Source of the DNA: an uncultured Nitrososphaerales archaeon
Lineage (GTDB): Archaea > Thermoproteota > Nitrososphaeria > Nitrososphaerales > Nitrososphaeraceae
DNA length: 64,000 bases
Assembly: GCA_963709405.1 (NCBI GenBank)
Contig: CAVPXM010000063.1
Coordinates: 1-64,000 of the forward strand
Direction of reading: 5' to 3'
Every line of letters begins with the position of its first letter. Positions within the stretch are counted from its first letter, which is position 1. The translations under genes and the position numbers were made by a program. Below, one piece after another: positions 1 to 9,188 of the stretch. Below the pieces are notes generated by a model, which did no database searches, was not told the origin of the DNA, and saw only the letters and a list, made by a program, of their open reading frames with translations.

Positions 1-46
1 TCGGAAGCGTGCAGGACGTTTCCCGCTGGTTCCTTCTAGGTTCCTT

Positions 47-1230
47 CTAGTGACCCTCCATCCTCGAAGCAGAGCCACTTTCGCCTGCTCGTTGATCGCA
101 AAGCGCGTAGTCACCCAGATCGTGGAGTAGGCGACCAAGGTTGTTGACGCGGATCGCGACGTTCGGGTGGCCAGGGCCGAAGGCCTGCTCGTTGATCGCG
201 AGCGCCCGCCCGTATTCGGCGCGGGCGCCAGCGTAGTCACCCAGATCGTGAAGGACGCTACCGAGGTTGTTGACGCAGATCGCGACGTTCGGGTGGTTGG
301 GCCCAAAGGCCTCTTCGTTGACCGCGAGCGCCCGCTCGAAACAGGCGCGGGCGCCCGCGAAGTCACCAAGTTCGTGGAGGACGCGCCCGAGGTTGTTGAC
401 GTCGCTCGCAACGTCCAGGTGGTCAGGCCCGAAGGCCTGCTCGTTGATCGCAAGCGCCCGCTCGAAACAGGCGCGAGCGCCTGCGTGGTCACCCAGACCT
501 TGGAGGACGAGCCCGAGGTTATTGACATCTCTCGCGACCTTGGGCTGGTCAGGCTCCAAGGCCTGCTCGTTGATCGCAAGCGCGCGTTCCAAATGAACGC
601 GGGCGCCCGCGAAGTCACCAAGATCGTGGAGCACGCGACCAAGGTTGTTGACGCAGATCGCGACGTTCGGGTGGTTGGGCCCATAGGCCTCTTCGTGAAT
701 CGCGAGCGCCCGCTCGAGATGAACGTGGGCGCCAGCGAAGTCACCAACATCCGCAGGGCGCTCGCTAGGTCGTCGACGTCCCTCGCCACGTTGGGGTGGT
801 CAGGCCCGAAGGCCTGCTCGTCGAGCGAAAGCGCCCGCTCCAGCAATCTACCGGGGATTTCGTGTACTCGGCGCGCATGTGCAGGTAACAGCCCGCCTTG
901 TTGAGCAGAGCGGCGGTCTTGGCTTCGTTGACGTCGAGCTCGTCGGCATGCTTGGCCGCTGCAAGGGCGTGCGGGAGAAGCCGCCCCGTCCAGCCCCAGC
1001 TTCTCGGTTGTCCTCGGTGAAGGAGAACGAAGCCGCGAGCAGGGAGACGGTCTCGCCGGCGCGCTGTCGCCGGCGTTCGTCGGATATGCGGGTGCGCGTG
1101 ACGAGTTGGACGAGCCGGTGGAGGGCGAGCCCCTCTCCCTCGCGCGTAGCGAACGAGCTGCGAGTGAGCGCGGCAACGATCTCATCCTCGAGCATGAACG
1201 CCTCGAGATCCGTGAGAGGCTCCGGCAGCG
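47..1230 (-). pseudogene. 3' part of a high-GC tetratricopeptide-repeat protein (42-aa kinesin-light-chain-like TPRs, typical of bacterial NB-ARC/TPR proteins); frameshifted and 5'-truncated
   Basis: ORF 47..634 has tandem 42-aa repeats (GPxHPxVAxxVNNLGxVLxDLGDxAGARxxFERALAIxE, ~126-bp period). The repeats continue in other frames to ~850, and upstream ORF 848..1195 (LHRLVQLVTR) resembles the segment preceding such TPRs. GC content is far above the rest of the window. Confidence 0.75.
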
Positions 1231-1480
1231 TAAAAGTGTATCATGACCTAACAGGTATTCGATGGAAATGCCAATCACTTGATAGTGATTCTGTAAAGGC
1301 ACCTTTAGATGGGAAATGCCAAACTGGCTCTAATCCTACAGACAGAGGTGTAAATAGTTACGAACAAAACGTCAATTCTTAACTGATGGACAAGGTATCT
1401 ATTAACAACAGTTACCGTAATTGGGACTAATACTCATGACATGAATGTAGCTATAAAAAAACACCGGATAGCATCGTAGT
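1231..1480 (+). mobile_element. IS5-family transposase remnant
   Basis: Translates to YHDLTGIRWKCQSLDSDSVKAPLDGK..TGSNPTDRG..., collinear with the IS5 transposase at 38404-39260 (YDKKTGIDWKWQAMDGVITKAPLGGK..TDRAK). Contains stops and frameshifts. Confidence 0.7.
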
Positions 1481-1820
1481 TCAAGACTCTCTTCTAATAA
1501 GTATAAAGAAGAAAACTTTTCCTTACAAAGGAAAAGAAGCTAGAAAGATTTTTTGCGTTAGTATGTTTAGGCAGTTGTATTCTTATCAAGTGGAGGATAA
1601 TTTTGGCAAAGGCTTTGTGGTATTCGAGTCGAGTTATGCTTCTTAACCGATTTGCTACCAATTTAGGTAACTCCTTATCAATCTGTTCAAAATTCCTAAT
1701 TAAGGGATCAAAAGTCTGAATTTGGTCACCTAGTAGAGAAATAAATTTTCTATCTATAAAAAATATAAATTATGAATAGGCTTCACGTAGCCTATCGCAG
1801 ATTAATCCTCTTTTTTTAGG

Positions 1821-2072
1821 TTATTGTATCCCGATTATGTTTGCTGCATTACCATTGCCTTGGATTTGGTTGGCTAAATTCTGACACTTGACGTGTGAAG
1901 AGCCACTTCCGTTCCCGCATGCATTATCCTGAGCTAGGGTCTGGGTGTTGGACGAATGATGACCACGATATTTCTTACATTTTGCTAATGCATCTTGGCT
2001 TACTGCTGTAGAGGCTATGAGTATAGCTGACACAGCAATAATTGCAGCTAGTGCAATTATCTTGCTATCCAT
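1821..2072 (-). CDS. small secreted Q/N-rich protein, CGNG-x7-CQ family (paralog 1)
   Basis: Hydrophobic signal peptide ending DALA; mature part TQTLAQDNACGNG..CQN..QIQG..NA is shared with 2441..2680 and 5327..5578. Confidence 0.85.
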   Translation of the reverse strand: MDSKIIALAAIIAVSAILIASTAVSQDALAKCKKYRGHHSSNTQTLAQDNACGNGSGSSHVKCQNLANQIQGNGNAANIIGIQ

Positions 2073-2440
2073 AGTTAAGAAATTGATTGAGTAATATTTG
2101 GATATTCAGCACAGGGATGATATAGATTATTTCCTACTTTTCTACTAGAATAAGTTCTGTTAATAATCACTAAAATGATGACAACCTCCTACCAAAAGCT
2201 AGGATCTAAATAAGTTGTGGGTATTTTCCTAATGTTCTAATATTTAAGGCGTTAATCAAGAGCCTATCGTAACGAATGATTTTGTATGACATCGTAATAA
2301 GTACGACAATTTCATGGAGTGTAATGCCCTAGTTCGAGAAAAAAAGACTCTTCAAGAAGATAGTTCAGATTTAACTCGTAGCAATATTTCGCCTAATGCA
2401 GATAAGCCATCACAATATTCTGTTAATAGAGAAATATAAT

Positions 2441-2680
2441 ATGAGCAACAAAACAGGTTTTGCAATTGCTGCTATAGCAGTAGTGGCAGCATTGTTAGTC
2501 ACGACATCGGCCATGAGTGCAAGCAACGCATATGCAACCCACTATAAGAAGACAACTCAAACATTAGCACAAGAAAACAATTGCGGTAATGGTTATTTTC
2601 CTTTGAAGATTGACTGCCAAAACGCAGCATCACAAATTCAAGGTAAACAGAACGCAGCTAGACTAACCGTTTCACAATAA
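2441..2680 (+). CDS. small secreted Q/N-rich protein, CGNG-x7-CQ family (paralog 2)
   Basis: ATG at 2441 (MSNKTGFAIAA) gives a signal peptide ending AYA; same motif; T-rich tract downstream. Confidence 0.85.
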   Translation: MSNKTGFAIAAIAVVAALLVTTSAMSASNAYATHYKKTTQTLAQENNCGNGYFPLKIDCQNAASQIQGKQNAARLTVSQ

Positions 2681-3251
2681 GATATAACAAAAAATAAGAA
2701 ACAACGACAATATAGTTCGTTTCCCTCCATTTCTTTTCTTTTCTTTTTCTGAATTCCTCTAAATAATTTGAATAAATTCTACCGCAAGAGACTTGTTATG
2801 TTCCCATAGTTTTGGTTGCAAAACAGGACAAATTCTAAGTTTGTATCTATGATCTAAGCTTGTAGCTACGATAGATTAATCTCCACAACTAGACCAAATT
2901 GTCACCATCAAAATATTATTAAAGTCTGCTCTCATTTTCTCAGACGTGGATATCTAGAGTATAGAATCTGCGAACTGTAAAACAAATTTCTGCAATTTCA
3001 CAATCAAAAAATGGCAAACTATATACATTACCATGGATCCGTACTGTTTCATATTTTAGTTGTTGGTTCACATTGTAATAATAGAACAAATCAATACATA
3101 TCCCTTTAGACCAAATTCACATATCGAATTTCAAAGATTATTCACAAAAGATAACATACAAATTTGTTATCATACATCATCTGAGCACATATCCCAAATT
3201 GGGTGTGCCAAATTAAAAGATTTTTTTATGGGTACATTATAATATAGATAA

Positions 3252-3694
3252 TTGGGGCTTTTCGGAAGAAAAAAGATACTCCATTGCGTAAATTGTGGTA
3301 AGGTGTTAAAGCACAAATACAAGCCCCCAGATGATTCTATTCTGAAGGCTTTCTCTGTGCTGACTGTCACATAGATAAAACCAAAGACCATGTTCTCAAA
3401 AAGCAAGAGGAAAAGAAAAGACTTCAGGAAGCTCAAGAAAGATGTTCAGTTTGTGGCAAAGAACTTGAAGAATCAGACAAGAACAAGCCAAAATGGCAAT
3501 GGGAGATGGGTACAGGAAGCGTTCTATGTGAAAAATGTTATGATAATAAAAGAATGGAATTTGAAAAAAAGATAAATTTCTGTGTAATATGTCAAAAAAA
3601 ACTCAGCTTTTTCCGCTACAATCCAAAGCCAAAATGGAAAATAGAAGGACAGCTATGCAGAACGTGTTGGGATAAGCGCAATCAGAATAAGTGA
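3252..3694 (+). CDS. triple zinc-ribbon protein (three CxxC..CxxC units), one apparent frameshift near 3335
   Basis: TTG at 3252 gives LGLFGRKKILHCVNCGKVLKHKYKP. After a frame change it reads EGFLCADC..RCSVCGK..KPKWQWEM..LCEKC..FCVICQK..PKPKWKIEGQLCRTCW. Confidence 0.7.
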
Positions 3695-3701
3695 AAATTA
3701 G

Positions 3702-3923
3702 ATGAATCCCTTTAAAAGGCACGTGTGCAATGATTGTAACCAACGCTTTAGAAGAATTGAAGAATTAATGCAACATACGCAAGTGGTTCACTGTCTTCAA
3801 AATGCGTACGAGTGTACTGAATGTAAGAAAAGCTTCGAGGGTATGGAACAAATGAGAGATCATCTTCGAAGGTCACACTCATATCGAAACAAAAAACAAA
3901 GTTCTGATGAATATGAATTGTAA
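3702..3923 (+). CDS. C2H2 zinc-finger protein (two fingers)
   Basis: CNDC-x12-HTQVVH and CTEC-x12-HLRRSH with the canonical F and hydrophobic positions. Confidence 0.85.
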   Translation: MNPFKRHVCNDCNQRFRRIEELMQHTQVVHCLQNAYECTECKKSFEGMEQMRDHLRRSHSYRNKKQSSDEYEL

Positions 3924-4012
3924 TATTAGAATTTTGTATATGTCAAAGAAAGATAATTAATATTAGAAATTCATCAATCGCAATTTAGAGATTACAAACA
4001 AGCTGGTAAAAT

Positions 4013-4816
4013 CTAGAGCACATCGTTTATAGAATTGATGTCTCCAATGAGCGAGCCATCAAGGGTCGTTATATACGCTTCTTCGATTGCATTTTGCTTA
4101 ATGACCCTGCTTATTATTGGCGAGATTGACTTTTTATATTGCTTCTTCGATATTGCATAAAGATACTTGTTAAAAGCCGGAATCACGACGATCTCGACAA
4201 GATCACTTGTTTGAAACGCATGCTTAATATTCCTACTGATTAACCCTTCCTTCTTTACCTTGAAATGAAGCCATACCCTCTGACCGTTCAAAAGGCTTCC
4301 TTGTTTAAGAAAGACTGGATGGATATGTCCCATGATAATCCTCTTGACATGTGATAACCTAGCCATCGACGGCATGCTGTGTCCGTGCAAGAGTAAAGTA
4401 CTATTTAATAACATTCCACTCATACCGAAAACATTAACAGTATCTGGCATCAAGAACCTTATATTGGCATCGTGATTCCCAGGTATAAAATAAATATCAG
4501 CATAATTTGAAATCGTTTTGAGAAAATATGGCACTTTATTCCACTCATCCCTGCTTATTGAGCCAACAGTGCTCTTTAAATCGCCCAACAAGACTACTGC
4601 TTCAGGTTTGTGGGATTGTATCAACTGTACTATCTGGGAGATGATCTCTGTAACATATAGATTAGAATCGATGAATATTCCCTTTGTGTCTAGAGTGCTT
4701 TCGAACCCCAAATGCAGATCCGACACTACTATATACCTTCTGGCCGGAAGATCGTTTTGTTCTTCAATTAACAATAGAGCGGGTTCAGGGTAGAGAGGAA
4801 GAATCCTTATCTTCAC
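4013..4816 (-). CDS. calcineurin-like metallophosphoesterase
   Basis: SDLHLG, LLGD, PGNHD, LHGH and MGHIHP motifs. Confidence 0.9.
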   Translation of the reverse strand: MKIRILPLYPEPALLLIEEQNDLPARRYIVVSDLHLGFESTLDTKGIFIDSNLYVTEIISQIVQLIQSHKPEAVVLLGDLKSTVGSISRDEWNKVPYFLKTISNYADIYFIPGNHDANIRFLMPDTVNVFGMSGMLLNSTLLLHGHSMPSMARLSHVKRIIMGHIHPVFLKQGSLLNGQRVWLHFKVKKEGLISRNIKHAFQTSDLVEIVVIPAFNKYLYAISKKQYKKSISPIISRVIKQNAIEEAYITTLDGSLIGDINSINDVL

Positions 4817-5326
4817 AAATAAATTATATGGCCTCTCCCATCAAATAATTAACGGTTGTCAAACGATCGATAGGACGTGAAGGGCAGTCATTCCCTCAGG
4901 TATGTATACCGGACTATAAGCGAGCACTATTATTCGTTCTATTACACACTCTTGATAGCATTCATCAATAAGAATGTGGACATGCTGTCACAAAGGTCAT
5001 CATAATTCAGATTTAACCCAACTTGATTAGATAAAACAAATTAGAGTTCGCTTCATCGTTCTTCAATTCATTGTATTACTTTGCATTTTTTCTAAAGAGC
5101 ATTAAAAAGTGGTATAGCACTTGAATTAACTCTACATTAGATGTTCTCTAGTTTTAGAGTATATTAACCAAACAGGCTACAAGAGCCAGCAGTGAAATTA
5201 CAGTCACTCTACTTAATTAGTGTACATACCGCGAATTAGTAGTTAAATGTGTTGAAGAATAGAATCCGTGATTTAAGAGTTGCAATTAAGAGCCAAAAAT
5301 CTTTCAAAAAAAGAGGGTTAGGGCAT

Positions 5327-5578
5327 TTACGAAGGCTGTACGCCTATTACGTTAACGGCGTTAGCGTCGCCCTGTATTTGTGAGTTCAATGCCTGACAGA
5401 GAATCTTATATGGGAACTTTCCATTTCCACAAACATTTGCTTGTGCTGTTGTTTGTGTCTTTTTGTAATGGTGTCCGTGGCCCCCTGCAAATGCTGTGTT
5501 TGTACTCACGGCCGCTGTTGTGGCCAACATTGCTGCTACCGCTGCGATTGCTACAATTGCCATAATTTTGCTGTTCAT
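5327..5578 (-). CDS. small secreted Q/N-rich protein, CGNG-x7-CQ family (paralog 3)
   Basis: Signal peptide ending AFA, then GGHGHHYKK, then the shared motif. Confidence 0.85.
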   Translation of the reverse strand: MNSKIMAIVAIAAVAAMLATTAAVSTNTAFAGGHGHHYKKTQTTAQANVCGNGKFPYKILCQALNSQIQGDANAVNVIGVQPS

Positions 5579-5971
5579 AATTCTAGTTAATTAGTCGAAT
5601 TAATTATTTATCTGCGTTAAGAGGCTTAATGCACCTCGTTTAATCTGATATATCTTATAAGAAAATCGTGTATAGATTCAATTCAATCTGACACAAGAAA
5701 AAACGATCCATGGCAACCTGGGCCAATGCTGTAGATACGTTTCAGCGAGCATCTCACCAATTCATTACGGTCAAATAACGCGTTCACAGTATGATCTACA
5801 GAACATGATATACATTCTCAGACTCTTACAAAGATGACGCCTATTTAACAAATTTTGATTTTCGGCACGGGATTAGCACTCTATTAATAGAACATGAACT
5901 ACGGTGGCGTTCTCCGACTGCTACCGGTTCCTATCCTTCCTGTTAATTATGTGATTAAGGAATATATTTGA

Positions 5972-7249
5972 TTGGATAAATTGATCTATTCCTTGAGGAT
6001 CGCATCCGTAGTTGGAGCAAGGCCCAATTTTATTAAGATGGCCCCCGTTTACAGAACCCTTAAAGGTTTTGCAGATCACTCAATAATACATACAGGCCAA
6101 CATTATGATTATCGATTGTCAAAGATATTCTTTAAGGAATTCAATCTTCCAGACCCTGATTATGAACTAGGAGTAGGTTCTGGGTTACCAGGTTATCAAA
6201 TCGGTGAAATGATTAAAAGGTTGGAGGATGTTTTCTTCAGTCACAGAGAACACAATCGATTAGCAGATAGACCTGTTGGTTCTAAGCTGGATAACCCGCC
6301 TATCAGATATGCGAGAAGAAAACCTCAATTTGATCTCGTTCTAGTATATGGAGATACTAACTCGACTTTCGCCGGCGCTTTGGCTGCTATGAGATCTGGT
6401 ATCAAAGTTGCTCACATTGAATCTGGTCTTAGGAGTTTTGATAGACGTATGCCCGAGGAGATAAATAGAATCCTAACTGATCAACTGAGTGATTATCTTT
6501 TCGCATCTACTAAGACTGCGATGGCCAACTTGAAAAGAGAACATGTACATGGCAAACCTATCTTTAGCGGAGACCTTTCGGTAGAAATTGTGAACGAAGC
6601 GGTCCAGATTTCAAAAAATAAATCGAAAATACTTCGTAGATTGGCTCTCGGTCCACAATCGTACATACTTTTCACAATGCACAGGGCAGAAAATACTAAC
6701 TCTGTAAGAACACTAACTTCTATCATAGAAACTTTTGAATTGCTTTCTAAAACTAGTGCAAGTAATGATAATGAAGTAAATTCTAATGCTATTATCGTGT
6801 ATCCGATACATCCAGGGACAAAGAGAAAATTCGAAGAAAATGCATTGTACAAGAGACTAGAAAATTGTTCTAACCTACGTCTTATTAATCCTGTTGGTTA
6901 CATTGATTTCATCCAGCTGCTACGAAACGCACGTAAGATAATTACAGATTCTGGAGGAATTCAGAAGGAAGCCTATATTCTAGGTGTTCCTTGCATTACT
7001 ATACGTGAAAATACTGAATGGGTAGAAACTGTAAAAGAAGGATATAACGAGCTTACTGATATTAATCCTAGTAACATAGTAAAATCGATATTACAATGGT
7101 CTCCAAGAATAGCTTTATCAAGGACATTATCAAATGGTAGTAACCCTGCGATTTTAAGTCAGTACAATTCAGGGAAGGTAAAGCAGATCTTTGGAACTGG
7201 AAATACATCCGCACTAATTAAAAAATTTATACTCTCTCTTCCTACCTAG
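5972..7249 (+). CDS. wecB: UDP-N-acetylglucosamine 2-epimerase (non-hydrolysing)
   Basis: GARPNFIK, HTGQHYD, GDTNST, HIESGLRS, MPEEINR and TDSGGIQKEA motifs. Confidence 0.93.
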   Translation: MDKLIYSLRIASVVGARPNFIKMAPVYRTLKGFADHSIIHTGQHYDYRLSKIFFKEFNLPDPDYELGVGSGLPGYQIGEMIKRLEDVFFSHREHNRLADRPVGSKLDNPPIRYARRKPQFDLVLVYGDTNSTFAGALAAMRSGIKVAHIESGLRSFDRRMPEEINRILTDQLSDYLFASTKTAMANLKREHVHGKPIFSGDLSVEIVNEAVQISKNKSKILRRLALGPQSYILFTMHRAENTNSVRTLTSIIETFELLSKTSASNDNEVNSNAIIVYPIHPGTKRKFEENALYKRLENCSNLRLINPVGYIDFIQLLRNARKIITDSGGIQKEAYILGVPCITIRENTEWVETVKEGYNELTDINPSNIVKSILQWSPRIALSRTLSNGSNPAILSQYNSGKVKQIFGTGNTSALIKKFILSLPT

Positions 7250-7357
7250 CAGCCCAGCTTTTTGCATTGGTCTAGTAAATACCGATCATAACATTTCAAA
7301 AAAAGAGCCTTGATTTGTGCTATGCTATTGTTCTGATTGTCCAGATCTATCCTTAGA

Positions 7358-7963
7358 TCAGACCTTCATCCAGTCTATCGGAATATCTTGATACAACCCG
7401 TTTGGTAGGACCCGACGAATGGATATTGGAAGCGCCTTGGATTCGATCTCTGCAATTGCGAGAGATATGGAGTCTCTTATGTCTGGTGAAACCGATATTA
7501 GGCTTGGAGCGCCCAATGAGAGCTGCAATGCTCTAGCCCCTGTAATTCTAGCCTTTTCAAATCTGGTCAATCTTGACGGACCGATTAGGATTTTATCTCC
7601 CTCAGGAGGTATCTCCTTTAAATCAAATTCGAACTCTGTATATGTTACCACTTCATCCTCAGGCCTAGTAACCTTTTTTGTGGCTTGATCGAGATCGACT
7701 TGTTCTTGTTCTGGTACGCTCTCGACAATGACCTCACCCGACACAGCTTTGGACCTTTTCGTGACGGATTTCTCTTTTTGTTCTGAACGCCTTACTTTTT
7801 TTTTAGATTCGCTCTGTGATTGTTCCGCTACTGCGCTTTGAGAATCTCTGACCTTGGTCGAGCTTGATTTTGTTTTGGTACTGGACTTCTTGGTCGATTT
7901 TTCTTTATGATCAGCAGGCTTTTTGGGTGCAGGACTATCGGCCGGAGATTGTTTAACTACCAA
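7358..7963 (-). CDS. rpoK: RNA polymerase subunit K (Rpo6) with long charged N-terminal extension
   Basis: C-terminal LTRFEKARITGARALQLSLGAP...LPISIRRVLPNG signature. Confidence 0.92.
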   Translation of the reverse strand: MVVKQSPADSPAPKKPADHKEKSTKKSSTKTKSSSTKVRDSQSAVAEQSQSESKKKVRRSEQKEKSVTKRSKAVSGEVIVESVPEQEQVDLDQATKKVTRPEDEVVTYTEFEFDLKEIPPEGDKILIGPSRLTRFEKARITGARALQLSLGAPSLISVSPDIRDSISLAIAEIESKALPISIRRVLPNGLYQDIPIDWMKV

Positions 7964-8066
7964 GAATAATGCAAAGGATAATTGATATATAATTAAATGT
8001 TACGAATTAAAGAACATCCCCAAAATTAAACGTTTCTGTTAAATATGTGGATGCTGAATTCTTCTC

Positions 8067-8453
8067 GTGCCCTCGGAAAACATCAAGAATTCAGTCTCCC
8101 GAATTTCACTCACGCTCGAGTTAGTCAATAAGGGCTACATAGGATGCGAAATGATCCGCCATTTAGCGCCTGTGACTGTTAGTAAAATAATTAAAAACTT
8201 ACCTATTGAGGACAGAGTACACAGATTCAAGGATCAATTCGTATATATTGAGACTGGTTTAGAGATAGGGGCAGAAAAACCGAGAACTCAGTTCAAGTCC
8301 GGTGACGTTGCGTTCATGACATCCAATGGTGCGTTATGCTTTTTCATGCAGGATTCAACTGTGTTACCAATGAGTTATGTTGGCGTACTAAAGAATAACG
8401 TCGCATTAATCGAATCAATCAAGCCTGGAGATATCTTTATTTTAAAGAAGTGA
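8067..8453 (+). CDS. cyclophilin-like fold protein
   Basis: RHLAPVTV...GDVAF..NGALCFF pattern typical of archaeal cyclophilin-like proteins. Confidence 0.7.
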   Translation: MPSENIKNSVSRISLTLELVNKGYIGCEMIRHLAPVTVSKIIKNLPIEDRVHRFKDQFVYIETGLEIGAEKPRTQFKSGDVAFMTSNGALCFFMQDSTVLPMSYVGVLKNNVALIESIKPGDIFILKK

Positions 8454-8580
8454 AGTTTAACGTACTATGAATCTTTTCGTTATTAAGTTTAACAAGATTG
8501 CTTACATAGTTGTTAGTTGTATCCTGATCGCGGCACCTCTGTTATGAAGATCCCTTTTACACGGTTATGATATATCAGAA

Positions 8581-8922
8581 TTACCTCTTGAGCTGATAAA
8601 CCCTGTGCCCACTGTAGCCACCAATGCAGCTGAGTACATTTTTGGATTCAAGTGATCTGATATATGCATTAGCGACCGATATCTTTACTCCCACTACCCT
8701 TGCAAATGCCTGAGCAGTTATGGCTTTCATATTGTCTAATGCCTTTCTCCCACCTGCTTCTTCTACTAGAACTGATAACTTTTGTTTTTGTTGTTGTTGT
8801 CCGCCTCCCTTTTTCGATTCGGTCTTCTTAGCCGATTTATAAGCGCCTGCACTTGTATCTCCTTGTGTACTGGCCGATTCTCTCTCAGTTGCACTGACCG
8901 GTCTTTTCTTTGCGCCACCCAT
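8581..8922 (-). CDS. rps25e: 30S ribosomal protein S25e
   Basis: MGGAKK start at 8922; KAIT..A..GVKISVA...IRSLE..K winged-helix; GHRVY at the C-terminus. Confidence 0.85.
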   Translation of the reverse strand: MGGAKKRPVSATERESASTQGDTSAGAYKSAKKTESKKGGGQQQQKQKLSVLVEEAGGRKALDNMKAITAQAFARVVGVKISVANAYIRSLESKNVLSCIGGYSGHRVYQLKR

Positions 8923-9188
8923 AGATTTACATACTGACAAATACACAACTCTAATTTATAATTTGCAGATAGATCTCGATAGAAAAAGAGTTTGCTACCA
9001 CCATGCGGCTCAAATTTCAAATGCTCTATGCTTTAGATAATTGTAGGTCTAGGTTGGACTAGCTAAGCAGAGACTTTATCCTGGTCGAACTTACTGTATT
9101 CAAATCTAGATACTGAAGTCTATTCAGTTTGCAGCAACTCCTTCCTGCGGATAAAGCTTAAAATCTCATAGTCCATTCAGGTAATAGC

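Noticed and set aside
167-904. Long plus-strand ORFs (167..904, 267..596) in the high-GC segment
   Set aside because: Antisense shadows of the TPR repeats; high GC suppresses stop codons.
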